From an uncultured virus (IMG/VR IMGVR_UViG_3300042276_000826) (taxonomy: Duplodnaviria; Heunggongvirae; Uroviricota; Caudoviricetes), in IMG/VR virus record IMGVR_UViG_3300042276_000826: a DNA stretch of 64,000 nt; one strand, written 5' to 3'. How positions within the stretch are numbered: position 1 is the stretch's first letter; every line of letters starts with the position of its first letter. Position numbers and translations under genes: made by a program. Shown piece by piece: positions 31,653 to 41,445 of the stretch. The notes under the pieces are model-generated. The model saw only the letters and a list, made by a program, of their open reading frames with translations. It did no database searches and had not been told where the DNA came from.

Positions 31653-33059
31653 TCAATTTTCACCCTTGTTGTTTTTTCTTCTATAAAGCTCTTTTTTTGC
31701 ATTCTTTATGGTATCTGTATTTTTTGCTAGATTTTCGATATACCAATCTAGTGTTAAACTAGGCACATCTCTCCATGCCATATCTTTGTATTTCCCACTT
31801 GTGATTATTTCAAGCCCATCCCATTTGAGAGGTCTGTTTTGCTCTAAAACCTCCATGCTTTTGCCATCGACTATCATAAACTTAAAATAAAGATGCTTAT
31901 CACAAAGCATTTGATAATATCTACTCTTTTTGTTTAAAAGCTTTTGATATTTAATGTCATTATATCCCGACACCTCAACAATAATAATATGTCCTTTTTT
32001 AAGAAGTATAAAGTCACTTCTGTAAACTATATGCGGAATTTTCTTAACATATTGAGGCAATCCAATTTTATATGGATAAATCATATCAAGCTCATCATTG
32101 CTAATGGGTTTAATAAATGGGATATTGTTTTGATATAGCCAGTTAGCGTACTCTCTTTCATATCCACTATCGACAAAACAAATATACTCATTGTTTATAT
32201 AAATAGGTGCAATGTAAAATCGTACAATTTTTCTATTGTTATAAACAGCAATATAAAAATATGGAATAGCCGTAATATTTGAAAAATTAGTAACAAGTTT
32301 TTTGGCCGTTTTGAGTCTTCCATAGCCTATTGAACTTTTTTTCTCTTTAAGGATATAACAATTCTCTTCTTTGCTATAAGACACAGGGTTTAAGTCAATC
32401 TCAAACACTTCATTATTATTAGAGCAATTTAAGAGGTCCAAGTTTCCTACAATATCATAAGGCACAATTCCGAACTCAAAAAAACTGCCTTTATTTTTTT
32501 TGCAGTAATTAATAACATTTCCATTACCAACTATTTTAACGTCCATGCAAGCAGCATAGAAAGCTTTAAAGAAATTATCACGCTTGTAGCTTTGCAACTC
32601 TTTTGAATTTTTGTTGGCCATTAGAAAAGCAATTTTATTTGCTTGAGAGATTAAGTCATGGCAATACATGTAAAAAGTATGCCTTTTTGCTTGCTCATGT
32701 GGGTGTCTTGAAGATTTGCTTTCCTCACTATTTTGCTCAGGCTCTTCAAAAATTGAGCTTTTATAGGCAATATTTTCATCTTCAATTTGAAGCAAATCAT
32801 TAATCAAAGTATGAAACACGCATTGAGAGTGATGTTCTTCTGATTTTGGATATTTTGCAAGATAATATAAATTACCAATTTTTTTAACACTTAAATAAAG
32901 CTCTTTGTTCATGTCACACTTGCATCTAACTGCATTAGTTTTGAGATGCACGCTCTTTAAGAGATATTGCATTGAATTTTGTTTCAAATCATTTTTTGAA
33001 TTAAAACTATAATCTTGAAAATACTCGCCTTTTTTTATCTGCACGGTGTTTTTAAACAT
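31653..33059 (-). CDS. putative PD-(D/E)XK nuclease with N-terminal Cys/His motif (DUF1173-like)
   Basis: CKC...H...C, VDSGYER, SDF..IVEVSG; C-terminal GKYKD..W.DVP...LDW. Confidence 0.55.
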   Translation of the reverse strand: MFKNTVQIKKGEYFQDYSFNSKNDLKQNSMQYLLKSVHLKTNAVRCKCDMNKELYLSVKKIGNLYYLAKYPKSEEHHSQCVFHTLINDLLQIEDENIAYKSSIFEEPEQNSEESKSSRHPHEQAKRHTFYMYCHDLISQANKIAFLMANKNSKELQSYKRDNFFKAFYAACMDVKIVGNGNVINYCKKNKGSFFEFGIVPYDIVGNLDLLNCSNNNEVFEIDLNPVSYSKEENCYILKEKKSSIGYGRLKTAKKLVTNFSNITAIPYFYIAVYNNRKIVRFYIAPIYINNEYICFVDSGYEREYANWLYQNNIPFIKPISNDELDMIYPYKIGLPQYVKKIPHIVYRSDFILLKKGHIIIVEVSGYNDIKYQKLLNKKSRYYQMLCDKHLYFKFMIVDGKSMEVLEQNRPLKWDGLEIITSGKYKDMAWRDVPSLTLDWYIENLAKNTDTIKNAKKELYRRKNNKGEN

Positions 33060-33602
33060 AGCTTATTCCTTGAGTTGGTAGTCTTCCTCATCTAACCTTT
33101 TGACATGTAAAATATCACTTAGGTTGCTCATATCTGCTTCGTTGTCTGGGTCAAACAAACAGTTAAAACTGTCCACAAACCTAGCAGCTTGATTATAAGC
33201 TTCTATGAGTTCTTCTTTGTCTGATTCATATATATCATCACCATAAGCTTTTAGAATATTGTCCAATTTTAAATGAAGAGTATTCATGCTTCTTGTAGCA
33301 TTTTTTCGTAGTCCATCAAAACTTACTGTCATTACAATCTCCTTACTCTGATATATAATACTATTTCTCTAATTTATATTTTTTATAAATGTTTTTTGTT
33401 GAATTATACATTTCGCTTGCTGCTTCAATACTTCTGAATTCACATGTAATTACATTTGTATAGCCAGATCCACCACCTGTACCAATTAAATAAAACTCTA
33501 TTGACATTTTGCTTTTTGTCATAAAAACTAATTCATCAAAATGAAAGAAAAATTCATATTCATTTTTATCAAAGTCAGAAGCTTTCTTGTGAACCTCACC
33601 GT

Positions 33603-35027
33603 CTAAGCTATTGAAATAGCTATAGGCGGGGCTTCTTTATCTTGAATACGAGATACTTCGGCAATACTAGCAATACTAGATACCTCATGTAACTTAATTA
33701 ACGAAGATAAAGTATGACTGGTTCTGTTTGAAAGTAGAGAAACTTTAGCCTCTAAATCCAACCTTGCCTTTTCAGACAAGGGTTTTAAAATAGCTCTTGT
33801 AAAATATCTTGAAGCTATATTATATGAAGCTGATAGGTCGGCATGATACATTTTATTGTTTTTAAATTTAGCAATATCTTTTTTCTTGCTTCTCTTAACT
33901 AATCCACTTCCATCAAACGCATACATAGAAGTTCCTCTTGCTAATACCTTAGAATATCTAATACTTTTAGAATGAGCTTTTTTAAAGCTTAAGTCTTGAA
34001 TTTTAGATTTTGCCCAAAATTGAAGTTTTGCTCTTAATCTTCTTGCTCCAAAGAAATGTTTTGGTAATCTCATCTTACCTAGATACTCAAACACAACAAC
34101 ATCTGCATTATTCTTGATTGCAAATTCTATAATCTCATCTACTGTATTTTGAATAATAAATTTTTGAAGATTATTTATCTTTCTCCAAAGTTTTGGTTTT
34201 TCATTTAGTATTCCTGATTCTCTTTTAGCTTTAGCAAGTTTATTTATAGCTGTTTTTAAACGGTCTTTTTCTATAGATTGATTGATAAATTTTCTATCTA
34301 TGACAGTTCCATTATAATCTATACAACTACAAACTGCACTATTAGTTAAGCCTAAATCCACACCAATTACTCTTTGTTGTTTAAGTGATGTCGAGTTAAG
34401 TTTAATCTCTGTTTGATATGGGATATGTAAAAAGTATTTTTTGCCTTTTTGTACTAAAGATGGATTTAGCTCTTTATATCCACTAAATCTAAACATTTTA
34501 CCTGAAAGTAATTCATTTGCTTTATAATCTATCTCTACCCATACCCAATCATTATTTTTATATAGTTTTATTTTGCCTTTTCCATCACTAATCTTATTCC
34601 ACATATTATCTTTATAAAATACTGGAAAGCTTTTAGGCTCATAATTTAATGTTGGTGGTTTTTCATAAAACTTTTTATTGTTTTTTATTTTATTTTCTTT
34701 TTTCTCCTTATAAAGCTTTAATCTTGAAAAGTGAGAATCACATACTCCTATAGCTTCCATTATAGTTGAACGTCTAAGATAACTTGGATATTTATAGAAC
34801 TCTTCACTAAAATCATATTTTATATTAGTATTTTTCGACGTTCTATGAGTTATAGCCTCTATATAGTTTAGCTTTTCTTTTGAATTTCCAAGTTCCAATA
34901 ATTTACTATACTCTTTTTCGCAAACTCTTATATAGAAGCTCAAAGCCTTATTATAGATACTAAGTGTCTCTTTGAAAATATTAGTATGGCTAGTGATTTT
35001 TAGTTTAGCTGTTTTTGTAATTTTCAT
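33603..35027 (-). CDS. tnpB: TnpB RNA-guided nuclease family protein
   Basis: RuvC motifs GVDLG, VFEYL, HADLSASYNI; no CxxC zinc finger; likely start MKITKTAKLKI at 35027. Confidence 0.88.
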   Translation of the reverse strand: MKITKTAKLKITSHTNIFKETLSIYNKALSFYIRVCEKEYSKLLELGNSKEKLNYIEAITHRTSKNTNIKYDFSEEFYKYPSYLRRSTIMEAIGVCDSHFSRLKLYKEKKENKIKNNKKFYEKPPTLNYEPKSFPVFYKDNMWNKISDGKGKIKLYKNNDWVWVEIDYKANELLSGKMFRFSGYKELNPSLVQKGKKYFLHIPYQTEIKLNSTSLKQQRVIGVDLGLTNSAVCSCIDYNGTVIDRKFINQSIEKDRLKTAINKLAKAKRESGILNEKPKLWRKINNLQKFIIQNTVDEIIEFAIKNNADVVVFEYLGKMRLPKHFFGARRLRAKLQFWAKSKIQDLSFKKAHSKSIRYSKVLARGTSMYAFDGSGLVKRSKKKDIAKFKNNKMYHADLSASYNIASRYFTRAILKPLSEKARLDLEAKVSLLSNRTSHTLSSLIKLHEVSSIASIAEVSRIQDKEAPPIAISIA

Positions 35028-35248
35028 ATTAAGTCTTCCATATCCCAATCATCAAACTTTCCACTCCTCACTAACTCTATTCTCTCTTTTAAGGTTTTAC
35101 CTAATTCTAAATTAATTTCATCATTTATTTCTTTTTCAGTCATTCCATCTTTTAAGCCCCAAAACATCATTTGGGGAATTAGTGTGTTATTGATAAATCT
35201 TTTGATTCTATTATTTGATTTTGTGCTTATTGGTAACACTAAAGACAT
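35024..35248 (-). CDS. 74-aa ORF inside the IS, coupled to tnpB
   Basis: AGGAG RBS; TTGACA-17-TAAAAT promoter at 35277-35305; ATGA overlap with tnpB. Confidence 0.6.
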   Translation of the reverse strand: MSLVLPISTKSNNRIKRFINNTLIPQMMFWGLKDGMTEKEINDEINLELGKTLKERIELVRSGKFDDWDMEDLI

Positions 35249-35298
35249 CTTGACTCTCCTTTAAAATATAGGTACAATTTTACCTAATATAAATTTAG

Positions 35299-35721
35299 TT
35301 GTCAAGGACATTAATGCAATTTAAGAGAAATAGACACAGTGTTTATAATTTACAATTTCATTTAGTTGTAGTTACTAAATATAGACATAAGTGTATTAAC
35401 AAGGAAATGAATCAAAGATTAAAAGAGATAGCTTATGATATATTTGAAAATAGGTGGGGTTTGAAAGTTATAGAGATTGAAACAGAACAAGACCATTTGC
35501 ATATTGCTTTTGAGTCAAATCCTCAAACCCAACTTTCTAAGCTTATTAATAATTTTAAAACAGTATCAAGTAGACTAATTAGAAAAGAGTTTAAAAGCCA
35601 TGTGGACAAATACTATTGGAAACCATATTTTTGGAGTCCATCATATTGTCTTTTAACTGTTGGTCATTCTACTATTGAGAAAATACAAGCATACGTAAGA
35701 AATCAAGAAGTGCCTAGTTAA
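35299..35721 (+). CDS. tnpA: Y1 HUH transposase TnpA
   Basis: HSVYNLQFHLVVVTKYR, DHLH, FWSPSY, YVRNQ. Confidence 0.95.
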   Translation: MSRTLMQFKRNRHSVYNLQFHLVVVTKYRHKCINKEMNQRLKEIAYDIFENRWGLKVIEIETEQDHLHIAFESNPQTQLSKLINNFKTVSSRLIRKEFKSHVDKYYWKPYFWSPSYCLLTVGHSTIEKIQAYVRNQEVPS

Positions 35722-35923
35722 TCCTTAACCTCTCCTAAATCAAAGAATATAGAAGAGGATTGCGGATTATGTTTGTTCAATAGTTATAAAATTGTTTTGT
35801 ACTTCTATGTTACAAGTAGCCGAAAACAATACGCTTGCAAAAAATACTAAACAAAACACTATTTTTTCCATTTTTTTCTCCTTCAATAAACTTCTCTGGT
35901 GTTTATTCTAAGCATTACAATTC

Positions 35924-36391
35924 TTATTGTTTTTTTAGCTTGCCATGATTATGTAGGTAATTAATATCCGATGCTAAGGTCATAAGAATTTCGCCTAACT
36001 CTCTTTCCGTTTCTGCTTCAACAATTTCATCAATATAGCTAACCGCAAGCGTTGCTGCATTTTTATATGCAAACTCGGCTTTTTTGTCTTTTTTGTCAAT
36101 TTCGGCAAAAACTGTTTCTATTTGTGCTTCTAGTTTTTTAGTAGTATTTACCATATTAAGGTATGATTCTTTATTTTTTTCAATCTGTTGTTTGCAAATA
36201 CTATAATTCTCATATCCTAATATCTTCGATAGCAACTCAAGTGCCTCATCGTTTGAAACCGTTACCCCATGCTCTTGCAACTCTTTTTGAAGATTGCTGC
36301 TTACTTGATTAAGATTAATATTGTTTGATAAAATCATGCTTTTCCTTTTTATTTTGACATACACTGCATTACGCTTTGATGTGTTCTCCAA
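35924..36391 (-). CDS. hypothetical protein
   Basis: ORF with EALELLSKILGYENY segment; true start probably internal. Confidence 0.55.
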   Translation of the reverse strand: MENTSKRNAVYVKIKRKSMILSNNINLNQVSSNLQKELQEHGVTVSNDEALELLSKILGYENYSICKQQIEKNKESYLNMVNTTKKLEAQIETVFAEIDKKDKKAEFAYKNAATLAVSYIDEIVEAETERELGEILMTLASDINYLHNHGKLKKQ

Positions 36392-36849
36392 AGCCCTGCT
36401 CTATTCCGTTTCGCTTCTTTTGCAGCTTGTGCAAACTCTCTTTTTTTACTTGAAGGAATATACTGCATATAAGGTATAGCATATCCATCGTGAACTATTT
36501 GTTTATTGTAGCCCCCAATTTCGCACACCGAACGCCCATATCTGTCTTTGTCAATAATATTAATTTTATGCTTGCTTCCTGTTTTGAAATACTGCTTTGC
36601 GTAGCTTGTGGCTTGCTTGCCTGCATCAACCATCGTATCAAGAGTTAAGCCATTGCAGTTATTAGCATCACGTTTGGCTTTTTTGTTTCTTGATTTCTCT
36701 GGCGTATCAATATAGGCAACTCTACATTTTATCTCTTCGCCTTGAGCTTTAAAATATACAGTATCTCCATCAACAATTTTTGAAACCGTTGCGTAATTTG
36801 CAAACAATAAACTTCCTGTTAAAATCAACCCTAAACCTATTTTTTTCAT
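36349..36849 (-). CDS. secreted thermonuclease (SNase-like)
   Basis: Signal peptide; IVDGDT, RVAYIDTPE, DRYGR, AKRNRAGLW. Confidence 0.92.
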   Translation of the reverse strand: MKKIGLGLILTGSLLFANYATVSKIVDGDTVYFKAQGEEIKCRVAYIDTPEKSRNKKAKRDANNCNGLTLDTMVDAGKQATSYAKQYFKTGSKHKINIIDKDRYGRSVCEIGGYNKQIVHDGYAIPYMQYIPSSKKREFAQAAKEAKRNRAGLWRTHQSVMQCMSK

Positions 36850-36972
36850 ATCTTCCCTTTGTTTGATTTATTTTTTGTTTAATTTTCTCATGAAATAAAA
36901 AACAGTTCTAAATGCTCTGCCTACTCTCAAAATTGAGAATATTGAATAAAAACGCATTATGCCCCTCCTTTT

Positions 36973-38193
36973 TTAAATTTTTTGTGCCGCAATTATTGAC
37001 TCAAAACGCCCCTCTTTGCAAACCTTAGTTGTTTGGGTGTAATACTTTTTTGCATTAGCTGTAGATACTTCAAATAATTGCAAATATCCTTTTTCGTAAA
37101 ACTCTGCTAATTTAAAAGTAGCATAGCAATCATCAAAATAAGCTGCACTTAAAAGCAATTTTTTCAATGATGTTTTGTACTGATCTAAGTTTTCATATCC
37201 TAAAGTTTTTTCAAGATTTTTAAGTAAATAATCATCAACTCTTTTATCTTTATAATTAATCTCCCCCAACATAAGCTTTAATGCTTCACCTAAAGCTCTC
37301 TCATCCTTATCTTCATATACTGCTTTTTGCAAAAAGAAAAGTGCCTTTTGTAAATCAGGATTTTTTATCTCTATGGTGTGCGTTCCATCATCAATCTCAT
37401 CTACACCAAACTTCTCTTTCATAATTTCCGCATTCTTGCAAAAATCATACGGACAATTCGGTAAAGTCTTTACTGTAACGCTTGCACCTCTTTCTCCTTT
37501 ATAATAAGCCATACCAATTTCATAGTGGTCTATTTTTTCTACCTCTTTTGCAAAAGAAGTATTGCTTAAAGACACCAATAAGGCGACAACTAAAAAAGAG
37601 TTAAATTTTAGCATATTAGAAATCCTTGATGATTTATTTTTATTCTCTCTATAGACAACCATAAATATATGTCCTACAATTAATACACCATACGCATACG
37701 ATGTATATAAATGAATAGCTCTGCAAATATCTTGAATATTCATAGGAATATCAATAAAGGCTCTTATGTATAAAGGAATGCCTGTTGCAAACATAATTGT
37801 TAGCATAAAAGCATTAAAAGCTATCATTTTTTTAGAAAAAGAAGAGATTGTTTTAATGTTCCTCTTTAGTAAGCCAATCAAAGAAACAATCATAAGGCCA
37901 AACAAAACACATCCGCCATAAAAATGCCATACCCAACCCTCTCGCCTCTCAATTCTTGCAATAAATAACTGGTCCGCACTGCCAACATCGTAAATATCCA
38001 AAATAGGAAACGAAAACTTAAAACTCTCCATGATAGCCTCTTTAGAGTAAAAGGTTGTATTCATAATCGCTGTACCTGCAACCAATAAAAAAACTAAGAA
38101 CATGGCCCAATGTAAAATCTTATAACTACTATTCAATTTCAACTCCTTGCATAAAATAGGTATTAATATAGGGGCATCCATAAGGTAAGTCAA
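36973..38193 (-). CDS. cytochrome b-like four-TM domain fused to Sel1-like repeats
   Basis: ILHW, WHFYGG, AIHLY, GHI (four TM His); C-terminal IGMAYYKG and LAEFYEKG...AKKYY. Confidence 0.6.
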   Translation of the reverse strand: MTYLMDAPILIPILCKELKLNSSYKILHWAMFLVFLLVAGTAIMNTTFYSKEAIMESFKFSFPILDIYDVGSADQLFIARIERREGWVWHFYGGCVLFGLMIVSLIGLLKRNIKTISSFSKKMIAFNAFMLTIMFATGIPLYIRAFIDIPMNIQDICRAIHLYTSYAYGVLIVGHIFMVVYRENKNKSSRISNMLKFNSFLVVALLVSLSNTSFAKEVEKIDHYEIGMAYYKGERGASVTVKTLPNCPYDFCKNAEIMKEKFGVDEIDDGTHTIEIKNPDLQKALFFLQKAVYEDKDERALGEALKLMLGEINYKDKRVDDYLLKNLEKTLGYENLDQYKTSLKKLLLSAAYFDDCYATFKLAEFYEKGYLQLFEVSTANAKKYYTQTTKVCKEGRFESIIAAQKI

Positions 38194-38992
38194 TACTTAC
38201 AATGCCTTTGCTGTTTTCAATAATAACTTTAAAAACGGCATTTTCCTGAATCTCTTTGTCAATCTCTTGTGTATTGTTTTCACCATCAAAAACAAAATCG
38301 TTTATCTCTGTAAAAATATGTTTTTTTGTAATAGGCTTAGAATTAAAGCTTTTAAAAATTACTTGCTGAGGTTCTGTATCTTGAATATCAACTTTTGAAA
38401 CGGCCATCAGTTCATTGTGTTTATTATAAAGCGAAATTAAGTGTCGCCCTTTTTCATGAGTAATAAAACCATTAAAAACAGTTGCATTTTCCCAAAGACG
38501 ATAATAATTACTTGCAAAGCCGTCTTCTTCTGCCAAATACCAAGTCGGGTATTTGCTTACATCATTGTTTTCTGGAATAATTGAAGGAAAAAGTGTATGC
38601 TCATTAATAAAGAGTCGTGTGCTTTTGTAGTGTGTTCTGTATGTAAGTTTTTTTGTAGGGTTTACATCTTCTCTTTCATTGGCCGTACTGATACAAGTAA
38701 TGCCGTCTTTTTCAATTTCAATATCTTTTTTAAGCTTTACATAACCTGGAATATGTACCGAAGAGACAATGTGCGACCCAAAACGAAAACGCTTGCTCAT
38801 GTTGTGCATTTGATAGCACACAATGCTTTTAAAATCATCACTGTTGTAATATCTCTTAAAAACAATTATGTCATCGTCAAGTTCACCATTCATTTTTAAA
38901 TTAAAATATTTTTTTGCCTTTGCAAAAAGTGGGGTTAAAAATAAAAACGAACCCGTAGCAGCTATAGCTTTTATAAAATTACGTCTTCCCAT
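38129..38992 (-). CDS. Tat-exported hypothetical protein
   Basis: N-terminal MGRRNFIKAIAA twin-arginine signal. Confidence 0.65.
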   Translation of the reverse strand: MGRRNFIKAIAATGSFLFLTPLFAKAKKYFNLKMNGELDDDIIVFKRYYNSDDFKSIVCYQMHNMSKRFRFGSHIVSSVHIPGYVKLKKDIEIEKDGITCISTANEREDVNPTKKLTYRTHYKSTRLFINEHTLFPSIIPENNDVSKYPTWYLAEEDGFASNYYRLWENATVFNGFITHEKGRHLISLYNKHNELMAVSKVDIQDTEPQQVIFKSFNSKPITKKHIFTEINDFVFDGENNTQEIDKEIQENAVFKVIIENSKGIVSIDLPYGCPYINTYFMQGVEIE

Positions 38993-39791
38993 TAAATTTC
39001 CTTGTTTTAGTATTTTTAGTATCGTTAATGTAAATTATTTCAAAATCATCAAGCTCCGCAAGTTCTTCTTTAAAGAAATCTTGTATTTTTTTAGAAAAAT
39101 ACATTTTTACAAACAAAGTGACACGCTTTCTTTTTAAATCAATAATACACTTGTTGTAACCATAGCTTTTTCCAAGCTCTTTGAGTTTATTAAAAATTGA
39201 GTTGATTTTATGCCTAACCACTTGCTCATGTACACGTATGGCTTTTACTTCAAAACGTCCATTTTTTTGCTTAATTTTTTCTCTTTTTGGGATATAAAAT
39301 AAAAATCCCTCGCTGTCATATTTAAATAGCTCTTCTTTGAATTCATTTGAAAAAAAGTTATTAGGCTTAATCTCAACTTGTGCAAAGAAGTTATTTATTT
39401 TTTTATTATTTTTGTTATAAAACTCAAACTCTACTTTATTGTCTTTTGTAATCTTCACGGGGTGTCCAAAGAGAATGTTTTTATTAGCTTTTAAGATTCC
39501 TAAAAAAAATGTTTTAATTTTATTAAGTGAGAATTGCATCAGTTGCTCATTCAATAATCTCTTAAAAAGCTTGTGTTTCTCATTGGACATAATATAATAC
39601 TCTGTTTTGTAATATCCTTGCTTGTCACTTAAACCTATAAAATATCCTGTTTGAGACAAAGAGACATCAAGAAAGCCATACGTTTTAGAAACAGCTTTTT
39701 TAATAATTTCCCTCACCTCGAAATCTTCAAGATTATAGTGTTTGCAAAGCTCTTCAATTTCATTGTTTATATTATCTTTTCCAAGCAACAT
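38979..39791 (-). CDS. hypothetical protein, weakly NusA-N-like
   Basis: 270 aa; IEELCKHYNLEDFEVREIIKKAV resembles the NusA N-terminus. Confidence 0.5.
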   Translation of the reverse strand: MLLGKDNINNEIEELCKHYNLEDFEVREIIKKAVSKTYGFLDVSLSQTGYFIGLSDKQGYYKTEYYIMSNEKHKLFKRLLNEQLMQFSLNKIKTFFLGILKANKNILFGHPVKITKDNKVEFEFYNKNNKKINNFFAQVEIKPNNFFSNEFKEELFKYDSEGFLFYIPKREKIKQKNGRFEVKAIRVHEQVVRHKINSIFNKLKELGKSYGYNKCIIDLKRKRVTLFVKMYFSKKIQDFFKEELAELDDFEIIYINDTKNTKTRKFNGKT

Positions 39792-40219
39792 TATTCACCA
39801 ATCAAAGTTTATTAAATTATAGTAACTTATTAATAAAAGATAAATTAATTTTATTAAATCATTAAAATTTTATTATTTTGAAGCCCACCAGTAAACGAAA
39901 TTGCTTGAAATTTTGGTTATATAAAGAAGAGATATGGTGGGCTATATAGAATTATAACAAAGAAAATCCAAAAAAACTTAATTTTTTAATAAAATTTAAT
40001 TAATTAATAAAAAAACTTTTTTATTTATAGATTTTTAAGTTTCCATAGATTAAAATTATGAATATTTTTTTTAATTTTATTGTATTTTACAATAATGAAC
40101 GCATTTTTCTTCTTCTTGCTTTATAGAAGTTAAACAGCGTGTCCTAATAAGGACAAAGCGATAATCAATAGGCACTCTTGCAAGAGAGTAATATCGCTAG
40201 GTGTAAAACCTAAAATAGC

Positions 40220-41445
40220 CTTGAAACGGTGAAATTTGCCGTTTTCAAATTCCTTAAATTGACGGGGAGTACCTAAAGTTTTTTGGTACTAAGCATGTAT
40301 AGTGATATATATGTGGCGATGGGTAATTCCATTGATTGTATAAAAATTTGTGACCATAGCACAAATAAAGATGCAATCTTAATCGGTACAGTAACAAGCC
40401 AAAAAAATAGATAAGAGCAGCAGCTCTTTGATAAATGGGCAATCCGCAGCCAAGACACTTAAAGAGTGTAAGGTTCAGAGACTAGGAATAGCTTACGCAC
40501 ATCTATAAAAGCGTAAGTCAAGTAGGCAATAAGCAACTTCTTAATCGACTCCAATTTTCTTTTTTATTTTACAAATAAAGAATGACAATATAGGAGATCA
40601 AAATGTCAAACAATCAAACACTAAGAATAGATATACAAGCAATTCAAAAACTAAAGTTTTTTGAAACACTGGATAAAACAACACAAAACAGTTTAACTTT
40701 TATGTTAAGAAACCCAAGCCACACAAGAGTAATTTACATGGAAGACCCAGAGGGTATTTCAGATAGATTGTTTTCAAGTGTTGCTAGAATTGATGCAACT
40801 AAAGGGTTTTTAAACAATGCACTCAATGGTATTATTAAGCCAACAGATCCACAAAAGTTTTTTACAAAATATCCCGAATACGGTATTGCATTTCAAGAGT
40901 TAATTGATGCAATTAAAAAAGTTGAAAACATGGGATATGACTTAGCAAGTACACTGCCTGTTTCATCATTAAGAAACAAAGCAATTAAAAGAGAAATCAC
41001 AAAAAGAAAGCCAAAACAAGAGGCTGCACCAAAAGCAAAGGCTGAGGTGAAAACACCAAAAGAAAAAGAAACGCCAAAAAGTGATAAAAAGGTTGAAACA
41101 GCACCAAAAGCTGAAACAAAAGATGCAAAAGTTGAAGCAGCACCAAAAGCTACTGCAACACCAAAAGCATCAGAAGTTAAGAAAACCGAAACAGCAGCAA
41201 CAAAAGCTTCAACAACAGCATCAGAAGTTAAAACAGAAGTAAAAGCTGCAACCTCAACTGAAAAGAAATAAAAAGTTTGATTAAGAAGTAATGATTGTCG
41301 AAAAAGGGAACATAGAAGATATAGTCCGTCCGTGTATGACTTAAGATAAGTTTGGTTTAGCTTTGTCATGCACCCTGCTTTAGAAATAAAGCTTGTCATA
41401 CGAAAGGTATGAGCAGTTGCCTGTATTACACGGGTAAACGGGTAG
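40220..41445 (+). ncRNA. group I intron-like ribozyme (IC1-like P4-P6 with P5abc) with internal ORF; boundaries approximate
   Basis: P AAATTGACGGGGA 40256-40268; Q AATCCGCAGCCAAG 40441-40454; R GTTCAGAGACTA 40473-40484; S AAGATATAGTCC 41316-41327; A-rich bulge GGTACAGTAACAAG 40385-40398; P9 hairpins downstream of S. Confidence 0.85.
40603..41271 (+). CDS. ribozyme-embedded protein with Ala/Lys/Thr/Glu/Pro-rich (histone-like) tail
   Basis: 222 aa, strong RBS; no LAGLIDADG/GIY-YIG/HNH motif; lies between the R and S elements. Confidence 0.8.
   Translation: MSNNQTLRIDIQAIQKLKFFETLDKTTQNSLTFMLRNPSHTRVIYMEDPEGISDRLFSSVARIDATKGFLNNALNGIIKPTDPQKFFTKYPEYGIAFQELIDAIKKVENMGYDLASTLPVSSLRNKAIKREITKRKPKQEAAPKAKAEVKTPKEKETPKSDKKVETAPKAETKDAKVEAAPKATATPKASEVKKTETAATKASTTASEVKTEVKAATSTEKK

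Larger units (their letters stand above)
33589..35775 (-). mobile_element. IS200/IS605-family element (divergent tnpA/tnpB, extra ORF)
   Basis: Right end GAAGCCCCGCC...GGTGAGGTTCAC ending at 33589; left-end hairpin ~35727-35757; inserted 3' of TTGAA; removing it restores an ORF. Confidence 0.9.
33361..35871 (-). pseudogene. 107-aa secreted protein gene split by the IS605 element
   Basis: 35871-35776 gives MEKIVFCLVFFASVLFSATCNIEVQNNFITIE; 33588-33361 continues in frame KKASDFDKNEYEFFF...KLEK*. Confidence 0.8.

Noticed and set aside
40254..40458. Two short minus-strand ORFs (61-62 aa)
   Set aside because: They are antisense to the conserved ribozyme P4-P6 domain and show no coding signals
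33589..41445. IStron (group I intron fused to an IS605 element)
   Set aside because: The IS has its own complete ends, its tnpB is on the opposite strand, it lies ~4.4 kb from the ribozyme core, and unrelated genes intervene
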